Under the pieces are notes generated by a model. That model was not told the DNA's origin. It saw only the letters and a list, made by a program, of their open reading frames with translations, and did no database searches. From the NCBI GenBank assembly GCA_029856105.1, contig JAHQWH010000009.1, forward strand, positions 1 to 62,833: 62,833 bases of DNA, read 5' to 3'. A program made the position numbers and the translations under genes. Source of the stretch: Promethearchaeia archaeon. GTDB taxonomy: Archaea > Asgardarchaeota > Lokiarchaeia > Sigyniarchaeales > SOKP01. Positions 19,903-29,423 of the stretch are shown here, piece by piece. Position 1 is the first letter of the stretch. Every line of letters begins with the position of its first letter.

Positions 19903-21453
19903 TTGATAATCGGAGGAGGCATTTCTGGTCTATCTTTAGCTATTAACTTAGCAGATATGGTTCCTGAGGAGGATATATTATTAATTACCAAAGAAAAATT
20001 ATCAGAATGCAACACTTTTTATGCCCAAGGTGGAATCGCATGTGTACGGGACAAGAATGATAGTTTTGAGAAACACATTCAAGATACATTAATCGCCGGG
20101 GATGGACTTTGTAATGAAGAGGTTGTAAGGTTAATTGTATCAAAAGCGCCTGAAAGAATTGATCAACTAATTGAGATGGGAGTTGAATTCTCAAGGAATA
20201 ATGAGGGGGAATATGATCTTGGAAAAGAAGGAGGTCACTCTGAAAGAAGAATTCTTCACGTAAATGATTTAACAGGGCAGAATATAGAGCTTAAGCTTAT
20301 CGAAAAAGTAAAAAAAATTCCAAATCTTCAAATTAAAGAAAATTGGTGTGCTATCAATTTATTCTGTAATAATTTTAGATGTGATGGCGCTTACGTATTA
20401 AATCAAGAGAGCGAAGAGATTTACAATATTTCTGCTAAATCTACAATTTTAGCGACTGGTGGGGCCGGTAAGATTTATCTTTATACCACAAATCCAGATG
20501 TTGCCTCTGGAGATGGAATTGCAATGGCATATCGTGCTGGAGCGATAATTGCTAATATGGAATTTTATCAATTTCATCCTACTTGTCTTTATCACCCATT
20601 TGCTAAATCTTTCTTGATAACAGAAGCCATGAGAGGGGAAGGTGCTGTTTTAAAAGATATTTATGGCAATGAATTTATGGAAAAATATCATCCATTAAAG
20701 GAATTAGCACCACGAGATATTGTATCACGAGCAATTGATGTAGAACTTAAGCGAACTGGATATGACCACGTAGTATTAGATTTTGCATCATATAAGAGTC
20801 CTGATTTTATTAAAAGTCATTTTCCAGGCGTTTACGAGCAATGTAAATTATTTAATATTGATATTACTAAAGATCCGATACCCGTTGTCCCAGCAGCTCA
20901 TTATAGTTGTGGAGGTGTAATTGCCAAAGTAAATGGTTCTACAAAAGTAAAAAATCTCTACACAATTGGAGAATCAACTTGTACGGGATTGCATGGAGCT
21001 AATCGATTAGCAAGTAATTCTTTATTAGAAGGATTAGTATGCGCATATGAATGTGCTGAAACACTTGCAAAAAAAGCGAAAGATCTGAAAATCACCGAAT
21101 TTAAAGAATGGGAACCCGGTCATGCCGTACCCTCTACAGAAGCGGTTATAATAACACAGAATTGGGATGAAATAAGAAGATTCATGTGGAATTACGTTGG
21201 AATCGTCCGAACGGATAAGCGTCTTCAAAGAGCTAAAAAAAGAATTAATATGCTTCTAGAAGAAATCAATCAATATTATTGGGATTTTAAGCTAGAAAAG
21301 AATCTCGTTGAACTTAGAAATTTAGCTACAGTGGCTAAAATTATAATTGTAAGCGCTATCTCACGTAAAGAAAGTCGTGGAATTCATTACAATTTAGATC
21401 ATCCATATAAATCTGAAATGAGTAGAGCTACTACAATTAGAAGACCTTGGTAA
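19903..21453 (+). CDS. nadB: L-aspartate oxidase; start uncertain
   Basis: GGGISG, AQGGIA, EGGHSERRI, QFHPT, EAMRGEG, HGANRLASNSLLEG, ESRG. Confidence 0.93.
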   Translation: MIIGGGISGLSLAINLADMVPEEDILLITKEKLSECNTFYAQGGIACVRDKNDSFEKHIQDTLIAGDGLCNEEVVRLIVSKAPERIDQLIEMGVEFSRNNEGEYDLGKEGGHSERRILHVNDLTGQNIELKLIEKVKKIPNLQIKENWCAINLFCNNFRCDGAYVLNQESEEIYNISAKSTILATGGAGKIYLYTTNPDVASGDGIAMAYRAGAIIANMEFYQFHPTCLYHPFAKSFLITEAMRGEGAVLKDIYGNEFMEKYHPLKELAPRDIVSRAIDVELKRTGYDHVVLDFASYKSPDFIKSHFPGVYEQCKLFNIDITKDPIPVVPAAHYSCGGVIAKVNGSTKVKNLYTIGESTCTGLHGANRLASNSLLEGLVCAYECAETLAKKAKDLKITEFKEWEPGHAVPSTEAVIITQNWDEIRRFMWNYVGIVRTDKRLQRAKKRINMLLEEINQYYWDFKLEKNLVELRNLATVAKIIIVSAISRKESRGIHYNLDHPYKSEMSRATTIRRPW

Positions 21454-21541
21454 TTTGAATCTAAATAATAATAATAATAATATAATTTTATATTTTTACT
21501 CTCATTTATAATGATTATAATTAAAGGATAGTGTAAAAAGA

Positions 21542-22342
21542 TTGAGTCTTGGAAAGGGCATTAGAATTGAACGGTTGTTCGATCGAAAAAGCAAAAGAAC
21601 GATAATTGTACCAATGGACCACGGCCTCACTGTAGGTACAATTAAAGGATTAGAAAATTTGGCTGATATTGTTGATAAGGTAGCTATAGGTGGCGCAAAC
21701 GCGGTTTTAATGCATTCGGGTATGGTTGGAGCGGGGCATAGGCAGTACGGACAAGATATAGGGTTAATTATTCACCTTTCGGGAGCAACAAGTTTAACTC
21801 CAAACCCTGATAGAAAAGTATTGGTGTGTTCTGTAGAGCGAGCCTTGAAAATGGGTGCAGATGGAGTTTCAATTCATATTAATATAGGCGCTGATGAGGA
21901 ACCAGAAATGCTTCAAGACGCTCATAATGTCGTTGAGTCATCAAGAGAATGGGGCTTACCGCTTATAGCAATGATGTATCCTAGAGGTAAAAAAATAAAA
22001 GATGAGAATGCTCCTGAAGTAGTTAATATTGCTGTAAGAGCCGGTGCTGAATTAGGCGCTGACATAGTAAAAACAAATTACACTGGAGATATTGACTCTT
22101 TCAAATATATCGTAAAAAGTGTACATGTTCCAGTTATTATAGCCGGTGGTCCGAAAACTGATACGATTCAAGATTTGCTCCAACTAGTTTACGATTCTAT
22201 CCAAGCAGGAGGTAAAGGAGTTGCGTTTGGAAGAAATGTTTTTCAAGCGGATGATCCTATAAAAATTGTTAAAGCTCTATCAAAAATTGTACATCATAAA
22301 TACACCGTAGAAGAAGTTCTAAAAGAATACCAAATAAAATAG
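21542..22342 (+). CDS. DhnA-type class I aldolase / 2-amino-3,7-dideoxy-D-threo-hept-6-ulosonate synthase
   Basis: [41 protein letters not shown]. Confidence 0.88.
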   Translation: MSLGKGIRIERLFDRKSKRTIIVPMDHGLTVGTIKGLENLADIVDKVAIGGANAVLMHSGMVGAGHRQYGQDIGLIIHLSGATSLTPNPDRKVLVCSVERALKMGADGVSIHINIGADEEPEMLQDAHNVVESSREWGLPLIAMMYPRGKKIKDENAPEVVNIAVRAGAELGADIVKTNYTGDIDSFKYIVKSVHVPVIIAGGPKTDTIQDLLQLVYDSIQAGGKGVAFGRNVFQADDPIKIVKALSKIVHHKYTVEEVLKEYQIK

Positions 22343-22359
22343 ATGAGTTAAAGAAAATT

Positions 22360-22500
22360 ATGAAACAAGATAAATTGGTTTCTTACCCTTATTTAGTAAA
22401 GAGAGCGATTAAGGGCTCAATTGAATTTGTAATAATTTTGATTTTACTATTCTACTTACCGGAAATATTTAACTTTTTTCAGTTTTTATACGGATTATAA
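22360..22500 (+). CDS. Small membrane protein, 46 aa (MKQDKLVSYPYLVKRAIKGSIEFVIILILLFYLPEIFNFFQFLYGL)
   Basis: Manual translation; fills the gap between two co-oriented genes; one clear TM helix. Confidence 0.55.
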   Translation: MKQDKLVSYPYLVKRAIKGSIEFVIILILLFYLPEIFNFFQFLYGL

Positions 22501-22514
22501 ATGAGGAAATAAAT

Positions 22515-23021
22515 ATGTTTCCAATTTTTCATGTTGCTATTCCGTTAATTCTCTTTGAATTACCACTGGTTAAGAAGAGATTTGAATTTAATAGATTTGC
22601 GTTAATTATTGGCTCGTTATTTCCAGATATTATTGATAAATTTCTACTCTTTTTAAATATGGGTTCAGGGAGGGGAATCTCACATACAATTTTATTTATT
22701 TTAATCAGTTTTGTTATTTTGCATTTTATTACGAAAGGAAGAAAATCTATATCAATACCATTTTTAGGGGGAATGGTTGTTCACTTAATTCTAGATCTAC
22801 CAGAAGTACCACTCTTTTATCCATTTATCATGTATGATTTTATTTTAATTGACGATCCTATTGGATTATGGTTACATACATTATTTAACAATCCCGTAGT
22901 TTATTTGACGGAGATAACAGGGATTCTAATTTTCATTTTTATCGTTATAAATAACAAATTGTACAGTATAAAAGAAATCACAAATTACCTAAAGAGTAAT
23001 ATTAACCTAGAACCTCATTAA
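22515..23021 (+). CDS. Membrane metal-dependent hydrolase (YdjM-like)
   Basis: GSLFPDIIDK, RGISHT, HLILD. Confidence 0.85.
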   Translation: MFPIFHVAIPLILFELPLVKKRFEFNRFALIIGSLFPDIIDKFLLFLNMGSGRGISHTILFILISFVILHFITKGRKSISIPFLGGMVVHLILDLPEVPLFYPFIMYDFILIDDPIGLWLHTLFNNPVVYLTEITGILIFIFIVINNKLYSIKEITNYLKSNINLEPH

Positions 23022-23153
23022 TAGAATAAAAACAAATAATTTAACTTTTAAAAGTAATACTACTATTTTTTATTTTTATAGCTTAGATTATTTTAATTAA
23101 CATAATTGATTTTAAAATAACAATTACAAATTCGATTACCAATAAAAATAAAA

Positions 23154-23885
23154 ATGAGCCAAACTAACATCCTCCATGTCATTATTGACAATAGAGAAAG
23201 GAAGTTAATCACATTATTGGAAGAGAAGTACATTAATATCAAGTTCGAAACTAAACAATTAGATATTGCGGATATAGTAATTTCTGAAGATGTAGCAATT
23301 GAAAGAAAAGAAGGGTTTGATTTCGTTTCTTCTATTATGGATAATCGTTTATTTGAGCAGTGTCTTCGCTTAAAAGAAACCTACACAACGCCTATATTAA
23401 TTCTAGAGGGATTAAATGATAATGTGTTTGAAAATACTGGAATGAAGATTTCCTCAATTTATGGTGCTCTGGCATACATTTCTTATAAATTGGGAATATC
23501 TATAATTCCCACTCGTAACTTGGAGGATACGGCGATTGTAATCGAAAGGATTGCCTATCGCGAACAAGTAAAGGATGGAGCATTCATTCTCTCCCGAAGG
23601 GCACCAAAAGGTATGAGTACTGAAGAAAGAAGGACATTTATTGTGGAAGGATTTGTAGATATTGGCCCAAAAAAGGCAAAATCTTTAATAGATAATTACA
23701 AGACGCCCTATCGCGTGTTAAAGGCAATTCAACAAACAGAAATTACATTTACTCGGACAGGAACCCCAAAAGGAATTAAAGGCCCCTTAAGTGAACTTTC
23801 TGGGTTTGGGTGGAAATTTGTAGAAAAGAATAAAGAAATGCTTTTTGGGAAAATAAAGGATCCTCAAAAAAGAATTAATGAATAG
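23154..23885 (+). CDS. ERCC4/XPF-type nuclease (short form, nuclease + HhH)
   Basis: IIDNRE, ADIVISEDVAIERK, RLFEQ, LILEG, IGPKKA. Confidence 0.9.
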   Translation: MSQTNILHVIIDNRERKLITLLEEKYINIKFETKQLDIADIVISEDVAIERKEGFDFVSSIMDNRLFEQCLRLKETYTTPILILEGLNDNVFENTGMKISSIYGALAYISYKLGISIIPTRNLEDTAIVIERIAYREQVKDGAFILSRRAPKGMSTEERRTFIVEGFVDIGPKKAKSLIDNYKTPYRVLKAIQQTEITFTRTGTPKGIKGPLSELSGFGWKFVEKNKEMLFGKIKDPQKRINE

Positions 23886-23898
23886 AGATTAAATATTT

Positions 23899-24660
23899 AT
23901 GATTATACCTATATCACTAATAGCAATTTTCTTCTCGAGTACGGTCTACGGGATTATAGGATTCGGCGACGCGTTGATATTAATCCCTATTTTAGCTCCA
24001 ATAATAGGCGTTAAGGATGCGGTAATACTGGTAAATATCTGGGGCACTTTTCCCGCTTTACTCAATTATATTAAATATAGAGAATTTTTAGATAGGGGTT
24101 ATTTTCTCCGAATTGTATCGCTAGGCATTCCCGCCACAATTCTAGGAACTTATTTAATTATAAATATTCGATTGGAATGGGTTGAGTTAATTTTGGGCGT
24201 TTTTATTCTGATATATTCTTCTTTAAAACTCAGTAATTACATTAAGGGTCAATCTCAAATTGAAATACAAAAGGAAATAAACACAACATCGCCTTTAATT
24301 TTGTTCGGGGGGTTCTCTTATGGTTTGTTAACGGGTTTAATTGGTGCGGCAGGACCCATTAATGTAGCCCTATTAGAAAAAACAGGACATTACAGAGAAA
24401 GTTTTATCGGAAATTTTGCTGCTATTGGAATAGTACTTTCCGTTTCAAGAATCCCATTCTATTTAGTTGAAGGACTATTCCCAAGCGAACTACTGTTAAT
24501 ATTCTTCTTCGCTTTTCCAATTATATTCCTCGGGGCTAAACTTGGTCATAAGATTACTCCTAAAATTCCTATAAAAAAATTTCAGATTCTTGTTTTTTGT
24601 TTTCTCTTAGTTATTAGCATTAAGTCGATTGTTTCGTCAATTTTGAGTTTGATTAGTTAA
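23899..24660 (+). CDS. TauE/SafE family sulfite exporter-like membrane protein
   Basis: GIIGFGDALILIP and GLIGAAGP repeats, about 8 TM. Confidence 0.85.
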   Translation: MIIPISLIAIFFSSTVYGIIGFGDALILIPILAPIIGVKDAVILVNIWGTFPALLNYIKYREFLDRGYFLRIVSLGIPATILGTYLIINIRLEWVELILGVFILIYSSLKLSNYIKGQSQIEIQKEINTTSPLILFGGFSYGLLTGLIGAAGPINVALLEKTGHYRESFIGNFAAIGIVLSVSRIPFYLVEGLFPSELLLIFFFAFPIIFLGAKLGHKITPKIPIKKFQILVFCFLLVISIKSIVSSILSLIS

Positions 24661-24698
24661 AAAACATTCAAAAAAGAAATGATGAGATTTAAACTATT

Positions 24699-25331
24699 TT
24701 AATAGCCATTAATTTGTTTAAAATAATCGTCTGGATCGTCGATTCCAGATTTTAATAAATCATATTCCTTTTGAATTCCTAACTTCTTGCTAGTTCTATC
24801 CATATAAAGTAGATCTATTAAGTCGTTAAATCTCATCCAACATCCTAAAGCGTCAGAATAATCTTGCCACCCTCCAAAAACTAATTTACTTAAGATGAAA
24901 TCTTCTTTAGATGTTGCCCAACATTTGATATCGTCGAATTCGACTCTTATTCTCCTTTTTAGAGCTATAGGGCCAATCCTTTTATATTTACTTTTATTAG
25001 ATTTATCAATAATATAATTATCAAGCTTAATTCTTTCCTGTTTGTCTAAATATTGGATTATGTTAGTTTCTCTTGCTAGTATTGTAGTTGTATTCCAATC
25101 TTGAATGGGAAAAAAATCATTATCTTGTAATAATAAAATATATGTCTCAAGATTAATGTTTACTGAAATTATATCTACTACAAAATCAATATCTTGTGTA
25201 AACCTTGTTTCAGAATAGATACTAGTCAAAATTCCACCAACTAAATAATATTTAATACCCTTATCTTTTTCCATTTTTTCGAGAAAATTAATTAATTGAA
25301 TAAACGCATTTTTGTAAATTACTTCCATCAA
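24699..25331 (-). CDS. Nucleotidyltransferase-family protein (AbiEii/DUF6036-like toxin)
   Basis: YYLVGG, RFTQDIDFV, EDFILSKL, QDYSD. Confidence 0.75.
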   Translation of the reverse strand: MMEVIYKNAFIQLINFLEKMEKDKGIKYYLVGGILTSIYSETRFTQDIDFVVDIISVNINLETYILLLQDNDFFPIQDWNTTTILARETNIIQYLDKQERIKLDNYIIDKSNKSKYKRIGPIALKRRIRVEFDDIKCWATSKEDFILSKLVFGGWQDYSDALGCWMRFNDLIDLLYMDRTSKKLGIQKEYDLLKSGIDDPDDYFKQINGY

Positions 25332-25594
25332 TTTTTTCTCCCTCTTGTCTTTATTTTTTCGTGAAATTTATGCATTTCCAAAACAATTTCTTTGATTGTT
25401 TTATTTGGAAACCTTTCTTTTTCAATTCTAATGTAATTATTTATACCAAGGTCGCAAATTTCGAAAAAAATTTTCACCGCATCTTCAGTGGGTATTTTAT
25501 TCATAAATTCCATTCTTCCCTTGAAGTTTCTTACGATTTTTCTGTAATTATTATCATTAGTTTCTGGCATAATTCTTATTTTTTTTAAAACCAA
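25328..25594 (-). CDS. Small partner protein upstream of the nucleotidyltransferase (antitoxin-like)
   Basis: 4-nt overlap with the NTase gene; 88 aa helical. Confidence 0.55.
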   Translation of the reverse strand: MVLKKIRIMPETNDNNYRKIVRNFKGRMEFMNKIPTEDAVKIFFEICDLGINNYIRIEKERFPNKTIKEIVLEMHKFHEKIKTRGRKN

Positions 25595-25936
25595 AATATA
25601 TTTACACTTCTTCCTTCTTAATGTAATTATTCCATTTTGAACTTATTAATTTTCCTTATACGCTTTATACATTAATCTTTTAAAAAAAAGAAAAGACTTC
25701 TATCATTTAATAAAAAAGTAATATCAGATTATAAAAAAACAATCTGATCACTATAAATATCTAATAATCTCTTATCTTCTCGAAAAATCGAATATTAACT
25801 GTTTTTATCATGCTTTTAATTAATATCTGCACTAACAAACTATTAATATTACATCTTCTTAACTTTGAATAAGAACTAGAGACAAATACATTTTAATCAA
25901 TAGATATTCTATTTATAACAATAAAGTGGTTGAATA

Positions 25937-27907
25937 ATGATTTCTATCAAAAAGATGAAGTTTAGCAATTTAATACTATTGATTTTTTTTCTATTTATCT
26001 TTTTAATTCCAATAAATCTAACATTTTTCACATTGGATAAAAATAATACAGTAATAGAAAATGATACACCTTTAGAAATTAACGATTTAAAGCTTTCAGG
26101 AATTTCAGGGAAAATTAGTATAGTTGGCGAACAAGGTTGGATTGATTTCGAAGACGCTGGCAATTGTACAGGTTCAGGAACTTATTATGATCCTTACGTT
26201 ATACAAGATTTAATAATAGATGGTCATGGTTCAGGTTCAGGAATTAAGATTAACCTCTCAAGAAATTCCTTTTTTAGAATTGAGAATTGTACGATTTTTA
26301 ATTGTTCAATAGGAATCGAATTAATAAGCACTGATAATGGAACATTGTATCAAAATGATTGTTCATTTAATGGTAATAATGGTATATATTTACATTGTCC
26401 GAGCATGCCTTCACCGGAAACATATGGTTGCTTTAACAATACCATAATTGAAAATATTGCAAATAATGGTTTATATGGAATTCACTTGGATTGGGCCACT
26501 AGTGGAGATATAATTAATAATACGGCTAACAACAATAGTATGGGAATATTACACGAAGGGTATCCAGAGATAATTTCAGGAAATACTGTAAATAATAATA
26601 GTATTGGAATATCTATATGGGGGCCAGGAGGAAATAGCGAAATTTCAAGAAATATCGCAATCGATAATAGAGATTATGGAATGGATATTCTTTCTTATGG
26701 TTTAAATTTAACAGAAAATTTTATGGTAGGATCAGGTATAGCGATGTCGTATTATTCTCAAATCAGTATTGATACAACCAATTTTGTGAATGGTGGTCCG
26801 ATTTATTTTTATGTAAATGAAACAAACCTGACTCCAAATGACTTTACAAATGCAGGTCAAATAATATTAGGTAATTGTACAAATATCTTAGTTAAGGACA
26901 TTGATGTGTCTAATTCATCAAGTGGAATAAAGATATATGATTCGAACAACATAACTGTGCTGAATGCAGTAAGTTCAAATAATTATTATGGAGTATATCT
27001 TCAGAATACCAATAATAGTTTTATAATTAATAACACACTTGAAAACAATAAAAGGGGTAACTTTATTGGTGGTTTAAATAACACAGTTGAGGGAAACTAT
27101 ATATATAGTAATTATAGGACAATGGAAGGGTTGACTTTTAATTTCTATGATGATTACAATAAAATTATTAATAATGAAATAATCGGATGTTTGATGGGCA
27201 TAGTGTTAAGGTTAAGTAGTTATAATTTAATTTGTGGCAATATCATCAGAGAAAATCCATATGGTATAGTAGTTATGGGTGGAAGTGAACATAATCTTTT
27301 TTATGAAAATTTTTTTATAGGGAATAGTGTACATACAGACGGGGGTTCAACTACTAATAAATGGAACAACACAGAAATTGGCAATTATTGGGATAATTAT
27401 ACAGGTACAGATGGAAATAATGATGGCATTGGGGATACACCACATAATATTACTCAATCCCCTCTAATGCAAGACTTACTTCCTATTGTTGATAATATAG
27501 CTCCAGAGATGACTATTATATTACCTACGAATAACTCTGTTTATAATCTTGATGCTCCGAACTTCAAGGTTATAATTAAAGAGAGATTTTTACATAAAAT
27601 GTGGTATACACTTGATGGTGGTTTACGTAACTATACTCTTATTGAAAATGGGACAATTAATCAAGATGCTTGGGATGCATTAAATTATGGTCAAATTACA
27701 ATTAGGTTTTATGCAGTAGATAAAGCTGGAAATATTTCATTTAAGGAAATCATTATTATAAAAGATCTATCATCCTCAGAGCTCATCCCTGGATATTATC
27801 TATTTGTACTTTTTTGTGTAATTTCAATAATGGGCATCATTCTGATTGTAATAAGTAGGAGAAGTTATTCTTTAGAAGGTTTTAAAAAAAGTTATAAAAA
27901 ATTTTAG
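25937..27907 (+). CDS. Secreted right-handed beta-helix (NosD-like) protein with Ig-like domain and IPGY-TM sorting tail
   Basis: GSGTYYDPYVI, Asn-rich PbH1 repeats, GNYWDNY-DGNNDGIGDTP, AVDKAGN, IPGY + TM + basic end. Confidence 0.85.
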   Translation: MISIKKMKFSNLILLIFFLFIFLIPINLTFFTLDKNNTVIENDTPLEINDLKLSGISGKISIVGEQGWIDFEDAGNCTGSGTYYDPYVIQDLIIDGHGSGSGIKINLSRNSFFRIENCTIFNCSIGIELISTDNGTLYQNDCSFNGNNGIYLHCPSMPSPETYGCFNNTIIENIANNGLYGIHLDWATSGDIINNTANNNSMGILHEGYPEIISGNTVNNNSIGISIWGPGGNSEISRNIAIDNRDYGMDILSYGLNLTENFMVGSGIAMSYYSQISIDTTNFVNGGPIYFYVNETNLTPNDFTNAGQIILGNCTNILVKDIDVSNSSSGIKIYDSNNITVLNAVSSNNYYGVYLQNTNNSFIINNTLENNKRGNFIGGLNNTVEGNYIYSNYRTMEGLTFNFYDDYNKIINNEIIGCLMGIVLRLSSYNLICGNIIRENPYGIVVMGGSEHNLFYENFFIGNSVHTDGGSTTNKWNNTEIGNYWDNYTGTDGNNDGIGDTPHNITQSPLMQDLLPIVDNIAPEMTIILPTNNSVYNLDAPNFKVIIKERFLHKMWYTLDGGLRNYTLIENGTINQDAWDALNYGQITIRFYAVDKAGNISFKEIIIIKDLSSSELIPGYYLFVLFCVISIMGIILIVISRRSYSLEGFKKSYKKF

Positions 27908-28002
27908 AATAAAAATAGGTTAGGGTTTCTCTAACTAAATAATATTTTACTCTTTAATTTAAGCAGAAGAAAAAAATAAAAAGAATATTATTATCAGATT
28001 TT

Positions 28003-29262
28003 TTACAGAATTTTTGAATACCTTCGAAGCCCACCGTGTAAAATAAGCAATTGGATGTTTCTGGCTCCACCAATTACTTCTTCAATTTTACTTACATCCA
28101 TGAGCTCGTCAACTGGAGTGTTGTCTGTAACAGATACACCACCCATTTGCTGTTGAACTTCGTAGCAAACTTCGTGCGTAAGTTTTGAAAGTAAGTACTT
28201 GCCTTGAGAGGAGACTCCCGCCACCCATTTTTCTGCTTCTTTGCTTGGTTTATCGGCAAAAAGTATTTTATCGTCATAGATAGTCGCTGCTTGGAATGCC
28301 AAGCTTGTAGCAGCACTACATTTCGATAATAAATCCCCTAAACTATATCCGACGCCTTGATAATTAATTACTGTTTTTCCAAATTGTTGTCTGAGGTTAG
28401 TATAAATTATTGCGTATATAAGTCCTGCCCAACATATACCTACACCTGAGCCCATAATACCTAAGCGTTCAGGAACTAATCCATTAAACAGATTATGATA
28501 GCCTCCTCCATTATCCCCTAAAATATATTCCATTGGAACTTTTACATCATTTAAAAACGTATGAGCGATATGAACTCGAGGAACTGAATTAATCTTCAAT
28601 CTTTTTGTCTCTATTCCACCGAAATCCCTAGAAAGCATTCCTTGAACCATCGTTTGTCTTGGGTGCTCGGTATCGTAAACTCCATAACAGGCAAAATACT
28701 TTGCTTTAGGACCATTTGTCGTAAAGACCTTTTCACCTGAAAAAACAATACCATCATCCACCTTTGTACAAGTCGTTGTCAGGTTCACAGCATCGGACCC
28801 GCGTTCTGGCTCAGTTATTCCAATACAACCTACTTCTTTTCCACTCATCAATTCGTCTTGGACTTTAAGAATCTCGCTTGTATCGCCATGTTGAAATGTT
28901 GGATTCCCACATAAAATACCGCTTGCTAGTCGGGCTAATTCTAATTGAGGATCACATATAGACATGATTGTAGCTAATAAAATTTCTTTTTTCATACCAT
29001 ATGGCTCAAAATCGCGCCATTTATTTATCCTTTGCATGTATCCGTGCTTACCTAGCTCGGGGAATAATACGTATACATCTTTACTTTTATCGATTTTAGG
29101 GTGAAGCTCTAAACAAAAAGACTCTAACTCCTGGCAATATTCTACCTCTTCATCATTTAACATTGGAAATATATTATCGTTAAAAATTTTGAATACATTA
29201 TCCAACGTCATTTTTTCGAGGATTTTATCGTTTATTATTTTCTCTTGCATGATTCTCGTCAA
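28003..29262 (-). CDS. Acyl-CoA dehydrogenase
   Basis: GITEPERGSD, GEKVFTTNG, ERL, RQQFGK, QQMGG, IGGARNIQ. Confidence 0.93.
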   Translation of the reverse strand: MTRIMQEKIINDKILEKMTLDNVFKIFNDNIFPMLNDEEVEYCQELESFCLELHPKIDKSKDVYVLFPELGKHGYMQRINKWRDFEPYGMKKEILLATIMSICDPQLELARLASGILCGNPTFQHGDTSEILKVQDELMSGKEVGCIGITEPERGSDAVNLTTTCTKVDDGIVFSGEKVFTTNGPKAKYFACYGVYDTEHPRQTMVQGMLSRDFGGIETKRLKINSVPRVHIAHTFLNDVKVPMEYILGDNGGGYHNLFNGLVPERLGIMGSGVGICWAGLIYAIIYTNLRQQFGKTVINYQGVGYSLGDLLSKCSAATSLAFQAATIYDDKILFADKPSKEAEKWVAGVSSQGKYLLSKLTHEVCYEVQQQMGGVSVTDNTPVDELMDVSKIEEVIGGARNIQLLILHGGLRRYSKIL

Positions 29263-29423
29263 TTCTAATTGTATTTCTTTTAAATTGAAAGATTTTATAC
29301 TATTACTATTATTAAATTTTTTATTTAAAATAAAGTTTTAATATGAAATTTGAAAATTGGATAGTAAAATTATTTTAACTAAAAAATTCTTTATTTAACT
29401 AATTAACAACGATTAATACTTAG

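Noticed and set aside
19859-19905. nadB 5' end looks clipped (upstream in-frame KNISLKLKTGF follows a TGA); considered a third intron
   Set aside because: No BHB geometry fits. One extra A in the A6 run after TTG (19866) would explain it, so a homopolymer error or an alternative start is more likely.
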